Assembly (NCBI GenBank): GCA_010405405.1
Contig: MU004230.1
Location: 3,258,627 to 3,322,626 of the forward strand
Length of the DNA stretch: 64,000 nucleotides
Direction of reading: 5' to 3'
DNA from: Microthyrium microscopicum
Lineage: Eukaryota
A program made the position numbers and the translations under genes. Positions within the stretch are counted from its first letter, which is position 1. Each line of letters starts with the position of its first letter. Below, in pieces: positions 37,718 to 50,107 of the stretch. The notes under the pieces are model-generated. The model was not told the DNA's origin and made no database searches. It saw only the letters and a program-made list of their open reading frames with translations.

Positions 37718-39642
37718 GAAATGTCTCTCACCTCAACATTCTTTTATTCTTTGGCGCCAGGATCTCTTTCGAAAGGAGATATTACATTGATACCCCAGAT
37801 TAGGACCATATATTGAGGTCGGCGTACAACACGGACTGTTTCACGGCAACATGATTTTTGCAAGATCACACCAAGACGGTGAAGTTCATCAGGACTCGAT
37901 TACATATTACTTTAGCAGAACACCTACTGGGAGAAGGCTCCCAAGACTACATAATAGTTAATATTTATAGCTCAGGAGATACCCCCTTACCGGTGGAAGT
38001 GGCACTAGGTACCACACAAGAGTCCGCCTAACTTTGTTTATATGATGATAATGAAATAGTTTACGAATGAATGAAATACATTCATATCAGCCTTGCATCT
38101 TTCGTATACATTGGGACCTTCATCGCGCACATTCACAACGACTTGCTCATATCTTCCACTAACAAACAGTAACATCCTTCCCTGATGCAGATGACTTCTC
38201 AGTGGCCACTTGGACCAGCAGCCACGCTGTAAGAGATCATTTCATCGTTATGTCTCATTGCCTCACCTGTTGCCCAGCGCATCATATGTCACACTCCCAT
38301 TCGATGTCAATATCAGCTAGGATGGGATCTTCAAACTTGCCTAACTTTCGTAGCACTCCTGACAGATCTGCTAAGCTTGCCACATTATGTACTGCCCAGC
38401 TCATTCCAGCCTTTACAACCCCACTGCCATGTGCTTACAAGTTTTGTAGCTAACAGATCAGCATTGTATTCGGAAGCCATCGCACTAGCTTTTGGGGCAA
38501 CGCTTTCTACTGCTTGTATATTCCTCATCGCTTTTCTCAACAACGAAAACTACTAGGCTACAAGTCCAATTCTCCCGGTTACATGCCGCAAAAACTGAAT
38601 GGCTCAAGTAGACGGCAGATCTGCTAGGAAAATCCATTCAAAGAAACAAGGTATCATGCGGCGTCTATTCGACGGATAGACTTCACGCTGGTAAGGGCCG
38701 TATCTACAATTAGACGTCGTGATGCTCACAGCAACGATCATGCTTCTAGCCATCTTAAGTCTAAAATTCAGTCTGCTGTACGTTGTACTGCCCATGTGAA
38801 ATATGTGCTAATTTATACTTTGTACGACAGAACAAGTTGACATTTAGTACAAGTCTAAACGACGAGTTGCCTACGACTAAATTCAATGCATCTCATGAAA
38901 GTGGAAGATACTCTATGTCATCGTAGATCCTAGGAGGACTATCTGCCACTCAAAAGAAGGTTTTGGTGTATGATCAACCTCGAAATTTCGTAGTATCAAC
39001 GACAAAGGTCTTTGCCACATATTGACAGCAGATAACTGAAAGTTTAAATGCTAGCTATATCTCGTGAAGCACTCTATTCTAGACCATTATTGTGTTTTTG
39101 AGCTTTACTTTAAAGTTCTGATTGGTTCAAATGACATATCAGATCTAAGCCCTGGATTGTTTGCCTAAGAATGGTTACTTCGCTTTCGCACCTTTTTGTT
39201 TGAATCCTTAACCCCATTATATGCTTGAAAATATCACGCTATATACTCCATGACAGGATGTATTGAGTCTATGCTTTTTGACACTAGTAGATAGTGTTGA
39301 TCTATGTTCCCCATATTCTGTAATACATACCCAAGAAGGATCTACTCTAGGATTAATTTGAGTTAAGGTACGATTCGTTGCTGATATTGAAACACAATCG
39401 CACATTCTAGACTCCACATTCCATGGGGCTTAAGAGGTGTATCGTTAGTAAGACCCACGGATGTATAGTTAAGTATAGGTTCTGTAGCGTGGTGATTGGA
39501 TTTAACATGATGCTGGTTTGCCATTTCTAGAATACTCTTATGCACAATCGTCTTCGAAAGATTTCTCTCGTGTGATTGCTTCCATCGATCCAACAACCCC
39601 ATAGAATTCTGCATCCTTCGTCAAACTTGAAATCGAGCAACT

Positions 39643-41371
39643 ATGAGGTCAAGCTCTGTCCTTGCTGCTCTGGCAGTACAGAGTGCTCTAGCCTCTCCTT
39701 TGAACAAACGCGATCCCCAGCATCCAGCAAGCGCATCCGGTGGTTCGCTTGATTCAATGGTTCATGGCGCAACCGCCTTCACACCAAGCGTTTTCTCAGG
39801 CAATACTACTGCTATTCTCGAATCTCTAAAGGCAATGTTCGGCGGAGCCGCCTCTTTCGTTCCGAGTCTTTTTTCAGACTCCAAAAAGGCGGCAACAAGT
39901 GCTATGGGCTCACTTGCACCAGCAGATTCGCCCGGCACGTCAGGAATGCTAAGCATGAGCTCCATCATGTCCGCAGCAGCTTACCTGCTTCCGAGCCAAG
40001 CTGGTACTGTCCAGACCAAGGAGGGGAAAATGAGGCCTGGCTCAAAACGAGCTATCATCAAATATGGGCCATATGAGCTTCCAGCATATAAAGTACGACC
40101 ACTCCTTATCTCGAAGCAGAAGTGTTATCAAAGCTAATCTGTTCAGAAACCTACCGGATCCAAGCCTGAAGGAGGGCATGCCCACGGCGGTGCAAGTGGA
40201 GACAAAGGCGGGATGGGAGGTATGGATATGGGAGGTCCCAAATCAGGCACATGGGAAGGCTTGGTCAGCCTTTTGCAGACAATGACCGGAAACAAGCCCA
40301 TGGATCCAAACGGCTTGGGATTTATCAAACGACTCTCATCTGGTGTATGCAAAGACTGCACAGTGCTCGCCGGCAAGATGAACGTGATTTCTGAGAACGG
40401 TACTGTACTTGGAGTGGCCGATGGAGTATACGTTCATCACGCAGTCACAATGGACGTTTCCAAGCCTGTGACGCAGTACATTACTGGTTGTACTGGAGAT
40501 CCCGCTGCTGCCTTCAATCCTTTTATCGGAGCTGGTGTGGATGACTTCACCCAATACTATACGACAAAGGACGCCAAGTTCAATTCGGGATTCTACGTCA
40601 AAGATGATACCTTTCTCATGCAGGTCGAGCTAGTCAACTACAAAGAAGTAAAACAACAAGTTTATCTCCAGATGGATATGGAATACATGCCTGGAAAGGT
40701 CGGGAATGACGCCTCCCAGGCTGTTTTGTCCGCAACCAGTTAGTTACAATTGGTATTATGTTAATGAAACAGCAACAGCTAACACTGCGATACTATAGAA
40801 TGTGGAAGTTTGGATCTAGGATTCAAGCCAAAAGCTGGCGAAGCTGGTCAGATTGAAAGTCAAGACTTCCCTGTCAACGTAGACGGTACTGTTATTGCAA
40901 GTCGTAAGTTTAAAGTGCATGAACCTTGATTTTCAGAACAGATTACTAACTTTGGACACTTAGGTGGGCATATGCACGGTAAGTGTCGACGCAGCTTAGC
41001 ATAAAGATGCTTTCCAGAACTTGTCTTTGCTAACCTAATTCTCTAGATGGTGGTACTTCAGTCAATATGCTACTCAATGGCAAAGTAGTGTGTACATCGA
41101 AGGCTATATACGGTTCCACCGCCAATGGCGCTGGTGTAGACGGCAAAGAATGGCAAACTATCACGAAAATGGAAGAATGCGAAGCTCCAATCCCAGTCAA
41201 GAAAGGAGATACAGTCAAAATTACTGCCACTTATGACATGAAACAACATCCCGCGTAAGAACTCGGCATACTTTATGGAATCAACGCTAATCAGTAGACA
41301 GTCGCGAGTCGAATGGTGAAGGTCAAGAAGTCATGGGCATTATGACTTACGTATTCGTCCCAAAGGCATAG
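39643..41371 (+). CDS. Secreted protein with copper type II monooxygenase (PHM/DBH)-like ligand pattern; exons 39643-40092, 40147-40738, 40799-40903, 40964-40978, 41047-41254, 41302-41371
   Basis: Signal peptide plus Kex2-like KR (ASPLNKR). Five GT-AG introns with CTAAY branch points give one continuous frame containing KYGPY, CKDC, VYVHHAV, RGHMHDGG, VCTSKAIYG, MEEC..PIPVKKGD, HP and EVMGIM. The gene model is solid; the enzymatic function is an inference. Confidence 0.8.
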
Positions 41372-42471
41372 AATATATTTGTATTGTGGCAATGCTGGTT
41401 TTCCGCAATATTATGTTTATTGATAAGAACTCTCAATGATAAGATCGTCTTCAATGGTATTTTGATGTTGGTTTCTTCATGAACGCTCCTTATGCTTGGT
41501 CAATGCTCTACGTCCAGACTTGTAGCCGAACATGTTCGAATGGAAGAATATGTGGTCTAGTTGATAGTTCATTTTGCTAGAACTTACAGCCTTCATCACT
41601 ACTGGCCGAAACCACTTCCAGTGTCAGAACTCGGGCCAAGAAAACGATAGCTTCACCAATGTCAAATCATATTCTAGGTAGGTATATATCAAGTCCCTAT
41701 TGGGCTTTCCCGTGAAACCTAACCAGCGAACACGCAGGAGACTGATATTGTCTTGGTTATAAAAATCTGCCCAGGACTCTCCACGCATGGAAAAAACTGA
41801 GCTCCAAGTTTCGGATGGCTCTGCCATATCTTCGAGATGCTAGCCTTGGAATTGTGTTGGTAATACCAAACACTCAAGATCGAGCCAGCCCAACTCCTAT
41901 ACTCTTCTCAAGATGCAATTGTAGGTGGATGTATAGCGCAGTTCATATGAGACTCCGGCGAGGAAGAATTTCACCTGCAGCCACTATTTACCCAGCGCCA
42001 AATGTTGTCACTTCTCCTGAGGGTGAAAGAGGTACTTTCTCGAGAGGACGGTCACTGTACCAATCTCGGCACCTCAAAGCACCGCAATAGAAGGTTGAAA
42101 GAGTCACTGACTGGAGTCTCAATATGCCTTCTAAGCTCCTTGTTTGTTTTGTTCCTCCATCTGTCTCTATTCCACCAGTTCCCGCCAGTTCCCATCTTCT
42201 CCCAGAACACATTCCAAACAAACACACTCAAACTCTTCCATCAATCAGTCCCTCATCTATCTTGACTTTCAGTCGCATACGCGATCGGCGCTGACTTCTC
42301 TCCGACAGTACAGACAGGTGGGTTTTCTTTCAACGGCTTTCCTATTTGCAAGTCGTCTATCAATCTCTCATTCAGTCCAACCTCCCTCACTGAATAGAGG
42401 CTTTCTCGAATTAGTCAAAGTCACCAGCTCATCCTTTCAAAGTCGTTTTTTGAACTCTATCTTCCAGAGCA

Positions 42472-45156
42472 ATGTCATCAGCACGAGTTTCTCGAGGCTT
42501 ATGCATGAAACAAGCAAGCCGTCGTTTGACTCGACAACAGAAAGGCCTTAAAGCCTCAAAGCAAGTAGCTCCAAAGCCAGTTGACGCAGAAACTATTCCA
42601 AATGATACAGTCGAACGCATCATGAAGGTCGACCCGGCCATTATCACAGTTCGACTACCAACCAAGCATCGAAAAGCCGACATGACACTGAGCGCTGAGG
42701 AGCTCATGAAACGCGATCCCGCAATTATCGAGTGTCGAGGGTCTTCTACCTCTCGACCAGTTCCCCGTGGGCCTCCTCAGAAGCGACTACCTCTCGGCTT
42801 GAATCTTGCAGGACCTCTAGGATTGCACTCCTTGCCACCCAAAGATGCCGCCGTGTCACTGAGCGCCGAGGAGCTGAAGCGACGCGATCCTGCAATAATT
42901 GAATGTCGAGGGCCTTCTACATCTCAGCCAATTCCCCGTGGGTCTCCTTTGAAGCTACTACCTACTGGCTTGATTCTCGTTGTACCACTTGGTTTGCACC
43001 GTGCGAAGCCAGATGTTGATTTAGCGGATTCGCAGAAAGCTGTGCGAGATCCCGATGGTGTCCCGTTCTCTTCTGCTGTTACGTTCGATAACATCAAAAT
43101 AGCGAAGTCAAAACCTTTCAGCATTTTGGACGAGGACAAAGCACCTCGTATGAAGGCCAAATCTGGACGAGTACTTCAACCTTCCTATTCGGAGCAAAAC
43201 CGAATGAAAGCGAAGTCAGACAATTCAAGTCACTACAAAGATCAAGAAAACTCCCCACAAACTCACTCGATTCAGTTCCAAGATAATAAGCTACCTGCAA
43301 AAGGGGATGCCGTGGACGTGGTCCTTGACGTCAAGGGCCCTGTCAAGCAGAAGCTAAAGCCTAATAAAGTCTCAGCAGAAGGCACTGCCGGAGCTTCTGG
43401 GCCTGAAATACATATATACCATCAACGTCGCGACAAGAATAAACCTCGTAAGCGACGTGAGCAAAAGCGTGTTGAGAGCCCAAAAGTCGAGACCATTGAT
43501 CTCGGTCACAAGATATCGCAGCTACAGTCATCATTATCCGATAATGAAGTCCCTCTTATAACAGCCGAAGACATCTCAAAGCTTCCAAATGTGTACTGTT
43601 CGGAATCATCCGAAGTACGATGTGATATGTGTGGCTATACTAAGGTGCATCACGATCTTCACACCAATGATGGGTTTGGCTGCCCCAAATATGTCGCTCG
43701 TTCGGCAGATGATTGTCATTTATGCAAAGAACACATGGCACATACATTGGAAGACGATCGATTCTATCATGGAATGAGCCACATCAAAAACTCAGCCTTA
43801 GTCGTCAAAGATGTACACACAGTGCCACTGGAAAAAGAATTGGCCATTGGATCGGTTGCAGTTCGCTCGCCAGAGCCCCAAAAGGTCCATCATGAAGATA
43901 TGGAAGCGCCAGGCCACTCGCCTCAGAGCTCAAGCTCGTATGCTCCAGTTGGTAGCTTCCGCGTCCAGGATCCAACTGAATTGTGTGCTCTTCCTGGCAA
44001 TTTTGAGACACGACCATCGGCAAACAGCGTGGCCGTTGGTGAAGACGAGCTTCAAGAACCTGACGACCAGCATCCGCCTTCGAGCTCATACGCTCTATTT
44101 GGCAGCTCCCTTGTTCAGGATTCAACTGAGTTGTATGCTCTTCCTGAGGAGTTTAAGAAAGAATCATATGCACACAATGTGAACGCTAATGAAGATGATG
44201 TTCAAGAGTCAGATTGTCGGTCTCAGAAATCGAACTCATACTCTCTAGCTGGCACCTCCCTCATCCAGGATTCCAATGACCTGTATGCTGTTCCCAAAGT
44301 GTTGAAGAATGAAATCTGTGGGTGCAATCTGCCCGCCAATGGAGGAGACGTTGGAGAAGTAGATTGGCAGCCTTCATCTTTGAGCTCATGCGCACTGGTC
44401 GGTCGCTCCCACATCAAGGGTTCTGATATCTCGGGTGCTCTTCCTCCCCGTATCAAGAACAATCCTGCAATTGAGCTGCCGATGAAAGCGACTGCTCTTC
44501 ATCAGAAGGTCACTACCAAGGGTAAAAACCTGAATGATGCCCTTTCACGAGAAACCCCTCTTCTCGTCGCACGAATTAAGTTCAAGAAGCCACGACTCTC
44601 CAATGGCGAACATTCAGATCTTGCACGCGCTGCCAAAGAGCTAGAAGAGTCAGAGAATTTGAAGGCACTCGAAGCCTCCATTTACAATCAAATCATTGAG
44701 ACAATCGTCGAAACTCCATTGGCTTATTTGGAAGATGGGGAGCTTGATTTCCTCGGGGTCTATAAAACTTACGAAGATCCCATCGTTCAAACTGACCTCG
44801 ACCATAAAGCTGGGCCAAATAACGCATTTCCATCTGACCACAACATCTGCGATTCTCATGAGGATAACCTGGACGAGTTGATGAACAAAGTTCTCAACTC
44901 AATAAACGAACATTTGCCACAGCCCTCTCCCCCGGTCATTTGTCCGGAGAATTTCCAATCGACGGAGAAGTGTGTCGTTCCACTCGATCCAAAGTCAAAA
45001 TCAGGCAATAATGCTGAATCTGAGGACGTGGAGAAAGTCCCCCTCTCCTTCATCGTCGTTTGCTTCTGGGGCATTCTTGTTAGTATTACTGGATTTTCTG
45101 TGCTCGGGGTTCTCATAGCAGGCCTCTGTTTTATGCAGATATTGTTTATGTCATAG
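42472..45156 (+). CDS. Orphan 894-aa protein with two internal repeat families, a Cys/His cluster and a C-terminal hydrophobic anchor
   Basis: Long intronless ORF. 57-aa repeat x2 (LSAEEL..RDPAIIECRG.STS.P.PRG.P), ~51-aa repeat x4 (SSSY.L.GSS..QDS.ELYALP), CDMC..HH..C...CHLC.H..H, and hydrophobic FIVVCFWGILVSITGFSVLGVLIAGLCFMQILF at the C-terminus. Confidence 0.75.
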   Translation: MSSARVSRGLCMKQASRRLTRQQKGLKASKQVAPKPVDAETIPNDTVERIMKVDPAIITVRLPTKHRKADMTLSAEELMKRDPAIIECRGSSTSRPVPRGPPQKRLPLGLNLAGPLGLHSLPPKDAAVSLSAEELKRRDPAIIECRGPSTSQPIPRGSPLKLLPTGLILVVPLGLHRAKPDVDLADSQKAVRDPDGVPFSSAVTFDNIKIAKSKPFSILDEDKAPRMKAKSGRVLQPSYSEQNRMKAKSDNSSHYKDQENSPQTHSIQFQDNKLPAKGDAVDVVLDVKGPVKQKLKPNKVSAEGTAGASGPEIHIYHQRRDKNKPRKRREQKRVESPKVETIDLGHKISQLQSSLSDNEVPLITAEDISKLPNVYCSESSEVRCDMCGYTKVHHDLHTNDGFGCPKYVARSADDCHLCKEHMAHTLEDDRFYHGMSHIKNSALVVKDVHTVPLEKELAIGSVAVRSPEPQKVHHEDMEAPGHSPQSSSSYAPVGSFRVQDPTELCALPGNFETRPSANSVAVGEDELQEPDDQHPPSSSYALFGSSLVQDSTELYALPEEFKKESYAHNVNANEDDVQESDCRSQKSNSYSLAGTSLIQDSNDLYAVPKVLKNEICGCNLPANGGDVGEVDWQPSSLSSCALVGRSHIKGSDISGALPPRIKNNPAIELPMKATALHQKVTTKGKNLNDALSRETPLLVARIKFKKPRLSNGEHSDLARAAKELEESENLKALEASIYNQIIETIVETPLAYLEDGELDFLGVYKTYEDPIVQTDLDHKAGPNNAFPSDHNICDSHEDNLDELMNKVLNSINEHLPQPSPPVICPENFQSTEKCVVPLDPKSKSGNNAESEDVEKVPLSFIVVCFWGILVSITGFSVLGVLIAGLCFMQILFMS

Positions 45157-45876
45157 TTCTTACTTGTATTCTTCAACATTCATCGCACTTGGAGGCAGCC
45201 AAAAGATGCGATGGGCATCTATTGCGAGCTACGAAGTCTTGGATCCGGGGAAAGGTTCTGGGAGATCTGACATAATGGCAGAGATACGGTATGCAAAGGC
45301 ATGTCTTGCAGAGGCCTTTTAGGGACTGTAGATAGAGCCAAATTGCCCATTGAGTTTGATCCTTCTTCGAAGTATTCAATCGCCTATAGTTGTTACAGAA
45401 TCCTTAGAATATTCGAACAAACTATTCACCATGAACGGGCAACCATAGTGTGTGTGGCAACTTTCCATCTGGAACTGCATGGCATTGAATTCTTTCACTT
45501 TTAAATCGCCACTGAGAAGAATTGAAATCTAGTCTTTAAAGGCCTTGACGCCTTGTACTTGCTCTGCCAACTTAAGTGTTTACTTCATTTTTCATTGAAG
45601 ACATGCCTCTCTAGTACTTTCTTTTCCATTGTAGCACCAGACTTATGTTTTGCGCAATAGTACACTAATAAATTGTGAACATGAACGTCATAAACTCATG
45701 ACTGGCGTTATATTGCTGCCGCCAGAATGAGTGATATCGTTCTAAAATACATGATTCGCCATGCTCGTTGCTTGATTGCATAGCGCGATTCTACGAAAGA
45801 ATACAACGCTTGCTAATGCTATGCTCAATGCCAAAATGCATGAAACTTTATTCTAAAACCAAAGATTACTCGGGCA

Positions 45877-46518
45877 TTAATCGATCAGTACTCCGCATCT
45901 TGGGCAGCATTTTCCGGGAATTACCCAGACGGTTTGATTCTGCGCCGCACAATCTGGACATTTCCGAGCAGGGATCTGTGGAGAGTGATTAGTATACATT
46001 AGTATATATGCAAGTAGGCCTCTCTGCATAAAAGTGGTGGAATGAGAGCAACTTACTGTCATGAACTGGCGTAGCGGATTTCCATCACTGTCTTCACCTT
46101 CGTCGTCACCAGCTTCGCTATCGTCGTGAGACACGCTGTCTTCTGGAAAATGTTGGCCAAAGGAATTTGCACGATCACGGACCTACGATTGTCGTTGATT
46201 AGCCTTGTGGAAATAATCGGTGTTGAGTTTCAAATGACCGGGTAGTTGACTTACGCTTATGTTGGCCAAGGGTTGTTGAACTTCAGATATCAAACCAGAA
46301 AGCTCCGACATCACTGTCAAAGGTGGAAGACGCTCGATTCCACAAAGGGCGAGGATCTGAGCTCGACGTTTGTTGAGGATTGCCATATCGTTTGAGCTTC
46401 GGGGACTTCGTGAACCGAAAGAGCAGGAGGTGAATGAAGCTGATGGTGAAGGAAGCGAGTGTTTTGAAGACGAGTTATTATGGAAAGTTGGCATTCTTGA
46501 GTCTGAATTCATGGTCAT
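45877..46518 (-). CDS. Small three-exon hypothetical protein with a C-terminal double-CxxC (putative Zn ribbon)
   Basis: Two GTAAGT...CTAAT...YAG introns join MTMNSDSR...LANIS | VRDRANSF...LRQFMT | IPARKCPDCAAQNQTVWVIPGKCCPRCGVLID* in one frame. Confidence 0.75.
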
Positions 46519-47700
46519 GGAGGAAGAAGGAGCTAATTCACGATTTGGGAACCTCGTTCGATTTTTATAGTTCAGAGCGATAGCCACAGTTTGGGTTCAT
46601 AGCACCGCTTTAGTAGTACTAAAGGAAAATCTTGCCAGAAAGAAGGTTTCATTATCACCATGAAAAGGGGATCAATGATAGGAGTGTGAGTACTCGCATA
46701 GATGGCAATGCGGCCAGGCACATATTTTCGCACCCGTGAGCTTGATGCATCCACCTTGTCGCAACCCCTTGCGACACAGGCTGGCTCTGAATGTAAAGAA
46801 TTCGTGGCAGAAGTCATGGAAAGATCACAAGGCGGTGTGTTGGAGCCCGAGCATTTTTACTTTCCGAAGGTATCACGAATGATTATAGATCGCACAATAC
46901 ACAACACTGATCAAATCACAATCGACGAAGCCCTGCAATAGAGATGTGCTGGTTTTACGCCCTTTGAAGCTGCAGATTTGGAGATCGCGTCTCGCAAGAT
47001 ATTTGGACCTATTCAAGGCAACGACCTAGATAGCCTGAACTGATCTAGCACTTACTTATCTGCATGAGCGCTGCTTCATCGGACCAGATAATTGGAAAAT
47101 TGGCTGCATGAAGCTAGGGAGATTTCACGCGAGAATGGATTATTGAAAGAACCAGGAAGCGACTCCGGCAACGCTATCATTCATTACGGCCGGCAATTGG
47201 GCCTCGAATTGCTCGAAGGCTCGAACGCGGCTTTGAAAACGGCTCCGATACGACCGTGACGAGTCGAATTTCAAGCGACCGATACCAATCTAGTCGCACG
47301 CCATCCTGCAGCCGCTTGCACCCAAGGCTGAACGATCATTGTGTCCAAAGGTTTCTTTTTCATCTTTGACAAATATGACTGCCGCTTCACGATCTAAATC
47401 GTACCCAAAATGGTTATGGCCTGGTCGCACAGCACAGGGCGGGAGGATTCTCAACTAGTAGAGAGTCGGGCCGATCCAGAAATACTTCCAAGGAAACCAA
47501 TTAGTTCTGTCCTAACTGCTTCAATTGCTAGTAACTTTCAGATTCGGGGATAAATTTGGCGCGATGGCGCAGAACCTTGGACTTGGGTCGACGGCCGACC
47601 ACGATGGCCATGATGCCACTGCAAACTGCTAGAACAAGGGACGCATGAAGATGGAACAGCAGGTCTTAGATATATTCTCATTGGATGCGGATATTCCCTG

Positions 47701-49714
47701 CTATGAGGGGACATTCCAACCATAATCAATCTTGGCTAGTAGGACACCATCCGACGGTGAACCCGTTGTATTCCAGAGATGAATGAATCTCAGCCCTCTG
47801 GCCAATCTATCAAGTCGGATACATGCCCAAGATGAGAAATCGTCACGTCCAAAGCGATCACTATGAATAACCTTCAGCCTAGAAATCCCGTTAGCACACT
47901 ATCCGCTGGTGCGAACGAACTGATAAATATGCTAAAAAGGCAAAATATAGACAGACAACTTACCGAACAAAACTCAATTCTGGCTCCAAAGCTGGAAGAT
48001 TCTCAAAAGCAAACCGATCTTTCATTTCATCAAATTGCGGATGCTGACCTTTCGAAGTGCCGGTCTTTTGCTTGAATGGATCTTCTCTTTTGCCGAATCT
48101 CTTGCGTTCTACTGCAGAATCTGGCATATTAGCATGCACTTCACACTTGATGAACGGTTTCATCTTATCGCCAGAATCCACGTCATCTGGCAGTGGAAGG
48201 TTCTGTGCGGCAAGAATCGAGATTCGTAGCCAAGATTTGCGCCCCTTGGATAGGTGAGCTATGCTGTCGGAATATTTTGCGGTGGTGAGATAGGACTTTG
48301 GCTTTTCTGCCCATCCGCCTGTATTTTGAAACATTGCCTCCTGCAGCATCATTCCTTTGTCAACTTTCTGCCAGTTCAATGCAACCATTTGCACCCCCAC
48401 TCTCCAGAAGAGGGAAGGGTCGAGGTTGCTCGAGGATATGCGGGTACCTTTTGGGTACGCCCGCATCATGAAGTCTTTGTTGTGGTTGAATAAGCCTTCT
48501 GGATCATCTTTGTGTAAGCCAATCAGGGACGATTCTGAGAGCGAAAATATGTGGGTTGGCACTTTTGCTTCAGGCATGGCAAGGCCAGAGAAATGATAGC
48601 TTCGAGTATAAAGGCCAAGCTGACTTAGGGACTCGATGATCTTGCTGATTTTGGGCTTGTTTTTATCTTTTTCGGCCTCGTCATCAGATGAACTTGAGGA
48701 GTCTGTTCGTGTAGAAGGTCGAGTAGGAACGACTTCTGCAACCACTGGGACAACTTTGCTCGGCGGAGAATACTTGACCTTGATCATTATCTTGTTTCTC
48801 AACTTCTCTGGTGACGGGAGAGGTGTGTCTGCACCAGTATCGCTTTCGCCAATGGGTTTGCAAAGGTAATCCTTGAAACACTCATTCATGATATCGACCA
48901 TCATTTGCTGTTGAGTGTGATTGGTGTGGACTTCAAGACTGACAATCAGTGGGAGATCTCTGCCATCTCTGTCAGTTTAGTGCATAAGAGACTATTAGTT
49001 CTCGAAGCTTACGATGTGACAAAGGCATAATCGTGAATAGTTTCGCATACACTGCGGAATGTGATTTCACGTGTAGCGGTGTAGCCTTGATAGAATGAGC
49101 ATAAATTCAAGAACGAAAGCATCATGCGTGTGTCGTACCGTGCAAAACAATTGGCTCCGCTGTGGGCGCTGGTATTTGAGCAGATTTACCCCCTTCTACA
49201 GACTTGACTCTGGCAAGAGCTTCAGCAGCTTGTCGTTCTACGGCTGTAGAGATCTCTTCAGAGCCGCCATTCCAGCAGTCGATTTCCACACATCGGCAGC
49301 CTCGAAGCAAAACCTAGCTATCGTTAATGCAGCTCGCGGGTATGCATAGTAACGGAGTACATTTCTATAACCATCTACTGTTGCTCCCCCGTATAATTGA
49401 TGGCCCATGAGGTATGTGTTGTGAGAGCTTGATATGAAATAGGAAGCCAATGGAAGTGAGAGATTCGAAGATGGTGCTGGTAATAGCGCACTAGCGTCCG
49501 CTGAAGCCATGTACTTCATGAATTCAGAAAGAGGTTCCTTGGAATATACTTGCTGAGAATCAGGATAAATAGAGTCCTCGATTTCTCCATGGACTCTCTG
49601 TAGTGAGCCCAATACGCTGGGCTCAAAGGACTTGACTGTAGCATGGTAGATCGACACGGCTGGAGAAGTGCCTCCGCCGGCCTGGAGTATAGGGTCTGCA
49701 GTTTTGGAAGCCAT
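47701..49714 (-). CDS. Phosphoinositide-specific phospholipase C (X-Y-C2) with a short N-terminus; four introns
   Basis: X box YFISSSHNTYLMGHQLYG, VLLRGCRCVEIDCW, VLHGYT and DLPLIVSLEVH; LPSPEKLRNKIMIKVK; Y box MRAYPKGTRISSSNLDP...GVQMVALNWQ; C2 region ending WACIRLDRLARGLRFIHL; stop at 47701-47703. Confidence 0.93.
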
Positions 49715-50107
49715 TGAGACGAAAGCAGGCCTTGAAGTCTTTCTGAGGAATATAATGGTGCAAATTCAAGCGCGTTTGCTTTATAAACGCAGCGTCGTCG
49801 GATTGGAAGCAGCAGCTATCAACTGTGGCTGTTCTTCATCGACTTCGCCACTATGACCCATCCGAACTTGTGGCTCGTTTTCGCATGGATCCCCCTGCTA
49901 GGCCGCCCTTGCCAGTTTGCGGCGCGAACCCCAGCTCCATTTGGAAATGCTACACCTTGCACTTTCCCAAACGTCCAACTGGTTGCTGAAGAAGATGCCA
50001 CTTGGCTTTCACTATCAACGTTCACTTGGTGTCCTGGAGTTTTTTATATCTTGACCTTCTTTTAGCTTCATTCTCTTTACACACAATCTTTCTTCAAGCC
50101 TTACAAG

